Assembly: GCF_018977255.1 (NCBI RefSeq)
Contig: NW_024704742.1
Span: forward strand, 1,242,001 to 1,306,000
Direction: 5' to 3'
DNA: 64,000 bases
Source: Callorhinchus milii
Taxonomy: Eukaryota
In this document: positions 1 to 11,572 of the stretch, piece by piece
How positions within the stretch are numbered: position 1 is the first letter of the stretch
Layout: each line of letters starts with the position of its first letter
Position numbers and translations under genes: made by a program
The notes under the pieces: model-generated
The model's database searches: none
The model's input: only the letters and a program-made list of their open reading frames with translations
Told to the model about the DNA's origin: nothing

Positions 1-530
1 ACGACCGACGCGGTCGAAACCCCCGTCCGCACTTGCGTCACTTCCCGGCTGGACCATTCCAATGCCTTCTTCGCTGGTCTCCCCAGTTCCAACCCACATG
101 AAATCCTATTAATTCAAAACTGGCGTCGCCTGAATACTCACCCGTACAGACTCCACTGGCTCCCAATCACCGGACTGACCGATTTCAAGACCCTCTCACT
201 CGTTTTCAAATCCCTTCATGCCCTCGCACCTCCCGACCTATCTGACCTGCTTACCCCTCATTCCACCACCTGCTGCTTCTGGACTCGTCCCCTCCACTCC
301 ACCATTGGCTGCCGTGCCTTCAGCCTACAACAACCCGAAACTCTCTCAATCCTTCCATCTTGCCCCCTCCCTCCCCACCTTCAAATCCCGCCTGAAGACC
401 CTCCTTTTTGATCGTGCTTACGGTCACCTTCCATCCTCCCACTGGCTCATTGTCGGACTCTACCACTGTCCAGCGCCACGAGATGTTATCCCGTGTGAAG
501 GGCGCCATGTAAATGCATGCTGTTCGTCTT
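1..530 (+). mobile_element. L2 LINE 3' fragment (end of ORF2 + 3'UTR)
   Basis: Degenerate VTSRLDHSNAFFAGLP...HWLP...FKSRLKTLLFD, the typical L2 ORF2 C-terminus, then a gtgaagggcgccatgtaaatgc tail. Confidence 0.8.
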
Positions 531-539
531 GCTGACTGG

Positions 540-885
540 GACTCGTACGGACCTTCCACTCATATAGTGTAAGCTGACACTCCACTGCAGCGCTGGGGGT
601 TGCAATGGTGGAGGTGCCGTTGTTCAAATAAGACATTAAACCGAGCTCCTGCCTGTATATCCAGGTGGCCATTAAGCAGCTGCGGAACAGCTTGAAAAGA
701 AAAAAGGAGTTTTGCTCTGTGTCCTGGCCAATATTTCCCTTCATAGCTGGTTGTCGGACATTGCTGTGCGCAAATTGGCTTCCATGTTCACCCAGAAAAA
801 AGGCACTCCACTTTACAGCACGCTGGGTGAAGCACTTTAGGGCATCCACTTGACATTAAAGGCACTATGCCAAATATGAGGGTCA
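540..885 (+). mobile_element. Old Deu-type SINE (SacSINE1/AmnSINE-like)
   Basis: gtgtcctggccaatattt...ggacattgctgtgcgcaaattggct core plus an aaggcactatgccaaat tail. Confidence 0.7.
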
Positions 886-1121
886 TTATAAATCCACAGC
901 ATCCAAAACATAGGTCCTACATGTTACCGTGAAGCACNTTTTTTTTAAGGGATGCTTCGACTCTGTGGTTCTACAACAATGCAACAAACCCAACAGAAAA
1001 AAAGTTCAAGGAGAAAAGTAGCGGTCTACACCAGACTAGAAATATTTAATAAGCAACATTTTTTTTAAACTGGGTTGGGGACATATAACATTTTCAAATA
1101 TAGGTAGGTCTGTGTACACAG

Positions 1122-1127
1122 TTTATT
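1122..1127 (-). terminator. Polyadenylation signal AATAAA (likely FAM13A)
   Basis: TTTATT on + at 1122-1127, with several TGTA motifs upstream on the minus strand. Confidence 0.6.
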
Positions 1128-3263
1128 TAATAAAGTGTTTGTTAAATCAGACAAATACAATGATGCTAGCACGTACAGCAAAAATATATTTTTTGTGTTG
1201 TACAAAATACAATTACAATCATGTACTAAAATGTACACATCTATATATAGTTTCCATTCTTCGTGTTTACATTCAAAGAAAAATGCAACACCGGTCGGTA
1301 CAGTCTGCATTTTCTGGACATTTTCTCCCCACCTGTAAACATTGATCCAAGGCCAAGAGCGCAACTTGGCCCTGATTTTTACACAATGTGCAGTAAGTAG
1401 TGTTAGGGCTCCTGCCGTGCCACAATTCGTTTTAACACACGATCACAGACACACCAACAACGTGAAGAATGGGCCTTGGGTTTCCGACCATTTCAGTGGA
1501 ATCGGAGGAAGAGCAGCGAGAACTGGTGTACGAAAGCGTGCAACGAAAAAAAAATAAGCTTGGCGCACCTAATCCCGTGGAAGCAAAAGAGAGTGAGATA
1601 ATGATTGCAGCGAGCTAGCATTTACACAACTTTTAATCCAACATGCTACGTAGACGATGTTACTTTCTTGTAATTTTAAGTCATTTTGACAGCTGCCCGG
1701 CACAAAAGGATCACTGAATGCCCAAATATCACTGTAAACCTGTAAAGGTTCGTGCAATGTCACACATATCTAGTAAACACAATACTTGGTGCAGTGCTCT
1801 CTCCCATTGGTATTGGTACCACCAGACAACTGCTGGCGGATATCCAGGATTCCTTCTTGCACATAAGAGTGCAACAGGTTGCCTATTACACTGGTCATCC
1901 ACATCACCGACACGACGAGTGTCCGCGAGGGTCATTTTGAAAGAAATGAGCAAAAAAAGTAGATTTCCTGAGACAGGCCTGCGGGGGACAGATAGGAGAT
2001 ACGAAGCCTGTAAAAGCTTTGACTTTATGCACATTACATCCACCGACATCAGAACTGTTTCTATGGCTTTGGCGGTCTGACTCCCAACGCTCCCAGCCCC
2101 ACGTTAGCGCCTTCTGTGGCACTCACAGTCCCACCAAAGGCTGCAAAAATTCACATATCCTGAGCGTGTGGCATCATCATCATCTCTCCCCCCAAAAAAA
2201 AACAATGTCAGCCCCGACAAGAAAACGGGTGTAGTTGTGGGAGCCAAGTGTCGGCATCACCACACGTGGCCTGAAATTCCCTGTAGCCCAAGTCTGCAAG
2301 AATATTTCACCATCAAAATTGGGATTGCGTTATTATTAGATTCAGTCTCATTGGGAGAGTAGGTTTTCCGCAGTTCTTAAAACTGGGGTGGGGGAGATAA
2401 TGCGAGGAGAGCTTCGAAGTGAAACGTCCCACTCCCGCTGTCTGAAAGACTCTGGTGTCCGTCACAAAAAGAACGTCTTCAAACCACTGCGGTGCTGCAA
2501 TTCGGTCCTCACATGGGCTCAAGGGGTTGAGTGGCCCCCTCCTGTTCCTACGTTCCTATTTTGCCCCGATATAAATTCTACAGGTAGCTCAAAAAATGGT
2601 CTCCCCCACCCCCCCCACCCCCAAGAAAAGGTACAAGTATTTCAATATGGTCCACATTTAAATCGTAAGAGTTTGATTTGCCTGTGGCTTACTCTTACTG
2701 AGATCGAAGACAATGTGCGATTCTTTACTCAACTCGTGAACTTAAACGCCCCCCCCCCCCCCGCTCACCCACCCACCCACCCACTCTTCACACTGAATAG
2801 TTTACCAAAGGCAGACAGAGTCTGGCCATCGCTTTGAGAGAGCCCGCGTTACCAACATCATGCGAGGCAGTCGTACACGGACAAGAAGAAACAGTTACGA
2901 CAAATGGGAAGAAGGTCCAAGTCAGGTCCTCGTCCTTTTAAGGGTGTGCGCAACACACGCCTCAACCGTGTCTGTCGGGCAATACGGCGAAACATTTTTT
3001 TTTATACGGTGGGGGTGGGGGCTGGGGCGGTTGGCATCAGGGAGAAAGCTTTTGACATTAACCTGCAGGTGAAATCTTAATGTGGGATGTTTTTCCTGTA
3101 TCTAAACGCTTGCCTCGGCTGCGAATGATCGAAGGCAATCACACACAGCGTGTGTGCAATCGGTTTCAGAGTCTGACCCCACACCATCAACAATCGCCCC
3201 CCGAAAGTCAGTCACCGCAACTTTCTGTTACAAAGAGCTGCATTTCTTTTTTTATATATATAT

Positions 3264-3306
<43 letters not shown>

Positions 3307-3367
3307 TTTGTCATCATGGCACCTCCTGATTACCCACCTCAGTGAAACCACTAAATATAACGACGGT

Positions 3368-3500
3368 TATCCTTGCATTTGATAACAGTGTCCACGTCGT
3401 TCAAGACGCCTCAAAGTGCTTCACGGAATAAAACGCTGTGAAGTGGATTGACTCTGTATTTTTGCGGCCGAAACGTGGGCAGCCAATTGCGCACGGCGGC
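3368..3500 (-). mobile_element. SINE 3' fragment inside the 3'UTR
   Basis: Reverse complement of the SINE core and tail seen at 6131-6448. Confidence 0.8.
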
Positions 3501-3512
3501 CTCCAGTATTGT

Positions 3513-3513
<1 letters not shown>

Positions 3514-3568
<55 letters not shown>
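3514..3568. repeat. (CAAT)n microsatellite; a (TA)n/(CA)n tract lies nearby at ~3253-3302
   Basis: Direct reading. Confidence 0.95.
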
Positions 3569-3570
<2 letters not shown>

Positions 3571-4492
3571 TATAACATCATGTATAACATCAGTCGGTAT
3601 CGAGAGTAGAGATCTTCACGTGTTCTAAATTCCTGTCCTCGTAAGTCGGCGCACATCTTAGGTCGTCAAAAACGGATCCTTCTTTGGTAACTACCTTTAC
3701 TAGGGCGACTTTCGGAGGAAGAGAATCTCTCGGTTTCGCCTTTCGCACGTGTTTTTTTTTTCACCCCCTCCCCAAAAAAGGGCTGCCAATAATTTTATTT
3801 TGTGAAGAGCTTTCCCCGGGGGAGCTTTGAACTCGTACCCGTGAGAAAAAGAGACGTCGTGGCTTTAGTCTTTAAATCGCCGCGCCTCGCAGGAGCCAGG
3901 CTTCGGCGCCCAAACGACTGTTTACTCGGGCGGATCAGCCCACGGTGATTGCGTGGTTCAGGGCAGTCACTGAAGGGCCGCGCAGTGGTTAGGGGGACCA
4001 GATGACGTTCATGCAACTATTCGGTTTGGGAACCATCCACCGCAGCTTCTCAAACCGTTTTGTCCACCAGCCCAAAAAAAATCAACGCATTTCTTCATCC
4101 CCGCGCCCTCCCCCCCCCCCCCCCCCCACCCCAACCCCACCGCCCGCCCTCATCTGGACATTTTGATTCTCAGAAAAGCTGAGAGGTTTGGCAGCAGTAA
4201 TCACTGGGTGGATAGCAAACCCTTCTCAGATTAGAGGCGTCTGCAATTGTGGTCCATCGCTTGCTGTCGGGTCATCTTTCTCCAAAGGATGGTGCGTGGG
4301 TGTGTAGGCGGGCAAGCAGGCAGGCAAGGCCGGCAGGGGGGCAGTAAATACACTGTCATCAGCCTTCGCTACGGTGCACTGCACAGCAAGAACCCACAAT
4401 GGCCCCTCCAGCCAGTGTTTCTCTGCGGGACCGACCACCTTGCCAAGTACAAGTGGCAACGAAATCTGGAAATGCCCTGACCAGTTCAGGAT

Positions 4493-4693
<201 letters not shown>

Positions 4694-4809
4694 TCATAAT
4701 AATAATAATCTTTGTACTTGATACAATCCCTTTGGGTTGTTTCTTCCGCTCCCACTGAAAAGCAATGACTCCACATTGGTGCAGCTGATGCTGTTTATAT
4801 ATTGAACAT

Positions 4810-4945
4810 TGGACAACTGGCTAAACCGACTATAAAGGCAGGAACATGCGAATGCAGGTAAATGGGAAAGGAATGATTGCTCTTGAAGGAGCCGGTGCAG
4901 ACGGAAGGTGCTGACTGGCCTTCATCTGCGCTATAAATTTCTACA
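4810..4945 (+). mobile_element. CR1-like LINE 3' end
   Basis: ggagccggtgcagac...ctgactggccttc...ctgcgctataaatttc. A related copy lies at ~48490-48590. Confidence 0.5.
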
Positions 4946-5871
4946 GATGCGGCGGTGGGTTTCTGCTTGTGTCAAGGCACCCGACGTGACAGAACAGAAG
5001 ACGGAAGGATTTCATTTAATTAGGGGATTCAGATATCTGGAGCTCGCGACTACACCCGAGCGTGAAATCACAGCCGTGAGGTCACTCTCCCCTCCCCCCA
5101 ATAAGACCAGGAACGATGTGAGGACTAGACATCATTGTTGGTCTCCCTAGTGATTAATTATTGGTGTAAACAATCACCAACCGAGTATTAAAGGTGAAGG
5201 CATTTACTGGTACCCGTACAGAGCATCGAGACTTCCGAGTACTCAATCGTTTCTCTGTCAGGGGCTGATCTGTGCAAAGCATCTGACACTGGCACACTTA
5301 GCATACTCTCCACGCCACTAATACGCCGTTCCATTCGAGCATTTCTCGGTAGACACGGGAGGAATAGGTTTGAAACGAAAGCTGCTCGAAGCTGGGAGCT
5401 TCCCTGGTCAGTTAACCTGCTGGGCTCCTCCTCCTCGAGTCGCTCTGCCAGAGCAGCAGGAAACTATCCATCCCCTACGCAAGTGCCCGCTTACTGTACA
5501 TGATCAGGTTTCACTTGAGGGCCACGTAAAGGGCAGCCAATGTGTAACTGAACAGAGCATCGAGTCTCCGGTCACTCAACGTCATCACAGCTCTTACTGC
5601 AAGAGCGGAACCAGATATAGAACCTAAGCCAGTGCGAGACGGGGCTTTGGGTCCTCAGATGGTTAAGGTACTCCTCGGTTTAATTAGAAGAACCAGCACG
5701 GTTTCTGCACAGCGAGCAATGCAATGCTGTATCTCTCTCACAGCCATGTTCCTCAAAGTTATTGGAATTATAGAAAAAAATGGTTTATGAATCATCCATT
5801 TCCCCTCTCCGCCCCCCCCCCCCACCCCCCATCATCCCCAAACTGTCGACTGATGCCTCGTGAAAATCTAC

Positions 5872-5973
5872 CTTCCGTTTTCCTGAAAAAACGTGTCTTC
5901 AAAGTCCCGCAGAGTCTTGCGGAGCCTTTTCTTGTCTGTTCTGGCTTCCTGTAGCTGCTCCAGCAGTTCGGGC
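5872..5973 (-). CDS. FAM13A: FAM13A exon ([34 protein letters not shown])
   Basis: 102 nt, ttag|...AG|gtagat, phase 2-2; FAM13 coiled-coil segment. Confidence 0.93.
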
Positions 5974-6130
5974 CTAACGACATCAAGAGGAAAATGTTAG
6001 TCAGTGCGTTACGTTACTGCAGACCGACGAGAAGGTAGAAATGACTAGTTTTCTCCTCTTATAGAGATTGAGATGCACGTCATGAGAACGGTCTGGATGA
6101 AGAAGGCCCTTTCGGCCATGCAATCTCTTT

Positions 6131-6448
6131 GTGGAGTCCTGTAGCTCAGTGGTTAGAGCACTCGCTTTGCAAGTGAGAGACCTGAGTTCAATTCCAGGCA
6201 GAGGGCGAAACCTCGGGCAAGTTTCCTTACTCCACACAGAGCCTAATAATAATCCCTCCAAAACCAAAAACAATAATAAATTGGTCATTTTCAATCTACG
6301 ACTGTTTGTGGGACATTGCTGTGCGCAATTGGCTGCCGCGTTCGCCCACAAATATACAGTCAATTCACTTTACAGTGTGTTCTGTGAAGCGCTTTGGGAT
6401 GTCCTCCCGACGTGAAAAGCGCTATATCAAATGCAAGGATTATTATTA
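6131..6448 (+). mobile_element. Young full-length tRNA-derived Deu-type SINE (short form)
   Basis: tRNA-Ala(TGC)-like head with A box TAGCTCAGTGG and B box GAGTTCAATTCC, Deu core, stem-loop tail, (TTA)n end. Nearly identical to three other copies. Confidence 0.92.
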
Positions 6449-6971
6449 ATATCCCTCCGCAACACCCAACCGACCTTTTTATGCAGCTGAGTGACAAGGC
6501 AAAATTCTCTGAGCCACTAAAACTGACTGTACAATCAGTACTAAGTACTCACAAGGATCAGACACACAGAATGAGCTGGGTTTGGGGGAAAAGGAGTTTC
6601 AATGATCCCAAAAATAATCTTTCAAAAATTTACTTTTATAGTGTAGCTGAAGAAAGAAAGAGGAGACTGATCCCAACGTGATTAGCACCAGCCAATTGGA
6701 AGCTGAGCATCCAAAGCCACGTCCATTTCCACTTGCTAGGAGAGAGCGAGAGGGAGAAAGAGAGAGAGAGAGAGAGAGAGAGCGCGCGAGGGGTAAACAG
6801 GACAAGAGCAGAGATGCACGAAGGCTGAGGTTGAACTCAAGGAAGAATAACAGTGTGAGGACAGAGGGAGGCTAAGGCAATGCCTGCAAGTCAGGAGGAG
6901 AGGAGATGTGACTAGGACTGAGATAAGAACAGGGGTGGGGTGGGGGGAACGCAGTTGTATTTTTGACTCAC

Positions 6972-7168
6972 ATGGATGCTGAGTGCAGGTTAGAAAGCCT
7001 CAAATCAAGGGTGCATTTGCCAGCCGCCTTCTCGTCCACGGGTGACACGAAGCCCTCTGCCTCATCGTCCAGCTGGTCCAGGAAGCTGCGAATGGTCAGG
7101 ACTGGCTTCACCGGGACCGTGAAGTCGGGCTTGGCGTTGCAGTCCTCCTCCGAGCCGTCCTCCTCCTC
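6972..7168 (-). CDS. FAM13A: FAM13A exon (EEEDGSEEDCNAKPDF...LSNLHSASM)
   Basis: 197 nt, ttcag|...|gtgagt, phase 0-2. Confidence 0.94.
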
Positions 7169-10100
7169 CTGAAGAACAAAAGCCACGCCGGGGCTCGGTC
7201 ATTAATAAAAGAAAAACCCAATTGAACGTCCAATAGTCCGAGGAGGGAGATTAAAGCCAGGCAACGGGAGGACGTTGTCAACAAACAAACAAACATACCA
7301 TTGGCGGGTAGGTATTCGGCGAAACGACACAAAGCACCCGTCGTGGAACAGCAGGACAAAGTGGAGGGCCAACCTGGTACTTTCCATCAGGTATACCATC
7401 TTCTATTGGTCACACAACGCAACTATTAACCTACTGGAGGGTGGGGTGGTGGGGGGGGGGGGGCGGAGAAGGGAAGGTGGTGTCCAACTTCCAACAGTTA
7501 ACGTGGATCCGTAACAAGCAATCCTGTCGGAACTCTCCGCCTGCAGGAACTCTGCTACGCGATGGATTGTTTTTTTGGCGGCAAGTCACATCACCAAAAC
7601 ATTGCCAAAAGCGAGAGTGAACTTGCGCCCCGGCACCGGATGCAACCCGCCGGTCCAGAGCCGATCGCTGCGATTGTTTTTTTTTTAAAAACGGGCACTG
7701 TCCCCCTGTATACTTGCTACAAGCTACGCAGCTCTCTCAGCTCAGCAAACCTGCCCCCGCCCGACCTGCCCTCTCACCATCAGCGGTGGCCGAGCTTTCA
7801 GCCGTTTAGCTCCCTCCGCTCTCTGGAACTCCATCCCCGTGTTCTCTTCCTCACCCTGCTGCTTTTAGCCTTGAAAACCCGCCTTGTGACCTACCCTTGA
7901 CCAGGCGTTTAGCTACCTTTGACCATGCTTTTGGCCACCTTCCCCCGCCCTCCTCAGCTTCCCCCCTGCTCCCCCACCCTGCCCACCGTAGCTCGGGGCT
8001 CACAGTCAGCGTGGTGAAATCCAGCCGGACACCTGCGATCCCGTGCAGACAGCTCTCGACAGTCTGTGCTCCGGTGAAACAGTCAGCACTATGGTAACTA
8101 ACGGGGCAGATGGACTACACCTGAAGTGTGCGCAGCCAGTACACCGCACTCCCTAAAGGTAGAAGCCAGTGATGAGCAGCTGGGCCAACACTCCTGTCCA
8201 GTTGAAGCTCAGAAGCAGCCGTGGCATAACCTAACCAGACAACACGCTCTTGAACCAGCCGCACCCGAAAAATTCCTCGCAGCCTCGAAAGGTAGCAGGA
8301 CCGGAACCGATCCCAATTCAACACCGACTCATATGCTGGCAGCTGCTTTCCTGCAGTGTGTCCTGCAAACCAAGCCACCCCGCTCTCATTTACCCTCTGC
8401 AATGATACTCGCGCTCTCTCTCTCTCTCTCTCTCTCAAGCATTTCCTTCCCCCACAAACACCCCCCACCACCCCACAAAAATCCCATCGAGTAACTGCTC
8501 CACCGCAATGGAAAGCGATTCCCATTGCTATTCTTGTTTATTTATTCCAATCTGAGTCAAGCGAGTTGGGTATCAATCCAGCAGCCGTTATTCTAACCTC
8601 TGAACCCGGTTTGGTTGATGCCAATTAGGTCTCTCATTTGGATTGTTTTTTTAAAAAATAAAGGATATAAAGGGTTCATAAATTCACCAGAAAACAGAAC
8701 TTTTTATATATATATATATATATAAAGAAAGGGGTGTTTTAAACTCTTTCAAAGGGGAAGATGGTACACTCTGAAAATACCAACGGTTACATGTGTACTG
8801 CACAGCAAAGTAACTGGGTCTTATTCCGCACACTGAACACGTTAAGCACACGCCACAGAACATGCCTCCACGAGTCTGACACAAAACGCTAGTGCCAATC
8901 TCTCGCAAGAGGGCAAACCCTGGAGCACAAAAGTCACCGCAGCTTCCCGGGTCTGCCGTCAACCAGCGCCCAAGGTGCTGGACTCTTTGAACGCAGGACA
9001 ACAGATACTTACGACCCATGCTGCTCGGAGATGCCCAGTAAAGGCTCGGCACTAAAAGCAAACGTTCCTGAAGTCTGATAACAAGCCTGAACAAAACCGC
9101 GTCGCTGCTGTGAAGGTATTAGCTCCCGTCACGTCAAAATGTTTTACAGTTGCGCACGCACACACACGCACACGCACATGCACTCGCGCGCATGCAAAAG
9201 AAGCTCTGGCATTTTACCACTGCATTCTCACAGGGAAGGTGCAAGCGTTTAAAGGACAGAGACACTCATCAGTGCTCTCAGCGCGATGAATAGAACCTGC
9301 GTAAAGAGCAGCCAGAAACATTGCGAGAGAGAGTTTGTGTGTGTGCGCGCGCGCGTGTGCGTGCGTGCGTTTGGAGGAGCGGGACACGTGTGTTTGGCAT
9401 CATGTTTCGCAACCAGGAGCAGTCAACTCTGGCTCAATAGCAGAAGGGGGCGGGGAGCAGACAATTCGTTAATCCAGGCCAAAAAACAAAAAAAGCCTCA
9501 GGAGCTACTCAGTGACCTACAGCAAAAAAAAAAATCAATAACTTCCTCTCAGCAGAGCAACACGATGGATGGATACAGTAATCCTTTCAGGCTTCAGGGA
9601 GAGAGATGTACTGGCAGACTTTAAAAAAAAATGCACCGATTCTCTTTCAAAGCATCGCTCCCCTCAAGTCTTAATCTGGTCCGTGTAGACAACCATCCGG
9701 GCACATAGGCTGGGTCTGATTCTGGGCAAGTCAGTTAATAACCGGAGCGAAAGGGAAAACGGTTACAGATTCCAGAGAGAGAGAGAGAGAAAAAAATATC
9801 CGGCGAGCTAGAAACGGAAACTCATTGATCTCAGAGCCTCTCATTAATAATCAGGGACGTGCTCACTGCAGGCGCCACAGGCAATGTTTGGTTTGCTGGC
9901 AGCCTGGCCCTTTAATCTTTTACCCTGTGAAGCGCATCAAAGTGCGGGGGTGGTGGTGGTGGTGGCGGCGGCGGTGGTGGGAGTGGAAGGAAATCCTGGA
10001 GAAGAGAGGTCGAGACCCGGGCAGATTTTGATCTTGCTCCGGGCGCAAGGTGGATCGGTGCGGTGCAGGCAACCGGTGCACGTTTTTAATGAGGTCAGTG

Positions 10101-11488
10101 CAGCAGAGCAAAGCAGAGCGTGACACCAATGGCTAATTATCCCGGCAAAGCCACGGCCCGGTTTCCATTGCCAATCCCGACGGGCACCGGCGCCCAATCA
10201 GCCTTGCGGATCCCGACGCCAGAGAACGTGGGTGCCAGCCCAGTGGGTGGGGCAGCGTCGCTCCTGCCACTCTGGTCGACGTGCGAATAGAATGGATCTT
10301 TTCCCTCAAGGGAAACGGTTAAATTCACTCCGACCGGCACAAGCAAAATGTTATCCCCAAAGATCCTTTCGGGGGGCGGCGAGGGGGGGCGGGGGGGGGA
10401 GAAGGGGGAGGAGGAGGAGGGGAAAGAGGGGCTGGAGAAATGCTTTCAGATACTTCCAGCTTGGAATTGCACAACTTAAACAGCTGCCAGAGAGATCACA
10501 TCCATAACACGATGAATCACAGAACAGATGGACAGAGAGTAAAATGTACAATTAACTGCAGACTCACTGCACACTGGTCCCCTTTTGAATATCCGTGACT
10601 GGAGCCCGATTTAAGACGTCTTAAATTGGGGCCCAATCTGCTGTGAAAACACAAGTCTCAATCATGCGCTCAACAGTTTGGCCAGGCTTTCACGAAGGGA
10701 AAGTATTCTACGTTGGATTTCACTGTACATAACTTGTCAAAACTGATGTTCCCCTTACAATTAGATCTCTATAATCATACTAATATTAATAATTCTTGCT
10801 TTTAATACAGCGCCTTATCACCTCATTGAGACGTCTCAAAGCGCTTCACAGGATATACTGTTAAGTAAATTGACTTTATATTTTGTGGGCAAAATGCGGC
10901 AGCCGATTGCGCACAGCAATGTCCCAAAATCAGCCACGAAACAAATGACAAATTTCATTTGAGGGACTGGTGGCCACGTCGCCGAGATACTCACTGTACA
11001 GTATACACTTGTGAAGCGCTTTGAGACGCCTGGAGGACGTGATAAGGCGATATCTCAAAGGCAAGGATTATTATTGTTACTAGATTGTTCCCATTTAACC
11101 CCCGTTCATTTACTCCCCTCCCTGCTGAAGCCATTGGGACCCTCCACCCAATCCTCCCGAACCCCAAACCAACCCGAAGCCTCAACCCCCGACGGATGTT
11201 GTCGCTTTGAGTCCCCGCCCTCGTTTTTTTTTGCTGCTTAAAACGCACACAATACTTCTTCGCTTTGATTAACAGATCATTAAAGAAGCCGTTGCAAATC
11301 ACATCAGGTTAGAGCCTGCATTTGTAGCCATTAATGATTCTCAGCGTCACGGACAGGCACTACAGGTAAAATCATCAAACTGGTAACAATCAAGGAAACC
11401 AAGAGGATTGGAACGTCTGGAAAGATCAGCAATTAGTGAACGCCGGGGGGGGGGCGGGGGGCGGGGGGTGGGGGAGGGAGGTTTTCAC

Positions 11489-11572
11489 CTTTGGATCCTC
11501 GAAGAATGAAGCAGTTTCGCCCTCGATAATTGGCTGCAGCAAAGGGCTTCTTCGCTTGTTGGAAGGGGAACC
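11489..11572 (-). CDS. FAM13A: FAM13A exon ([28 protein letters not shown])
   Basis: 84 nt, cacag|...AAG|gtgaaa, phase 0-0. Contains an LxxIxE-type motif (LQPIIE) of the kind bound by PP2A-B56. Confidence 0.94.

Larger units (their letters stand above)
1100..4492 (-). other. FAM13A: Probable FAM13A 3'UTR (~3.4 kb)
   Basis: Follows the stop codon. AT-rich, TGTA-rich terminal segment at 1100-1340 precedes an AATAAA. Confidence 0.6.

Noticed and set aside
6131..6205. tRNA-Ala(TGC)-like sequence (also at 18452, 47684, 51910)
   Set aside because: It has A/B boxes and an anticodon arm but no proper acceptor stem, and it continues into the SINE body. It is a SINE head, not a tRNA gene.
6001..6415. 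Recurring ORFs (MTVYLWANAAANC..., ...HFTVYSVKRFGTSSRREKRY...) found several times in the ORF track
   Set aside because: These are translations of SINE copies, not a protein family.
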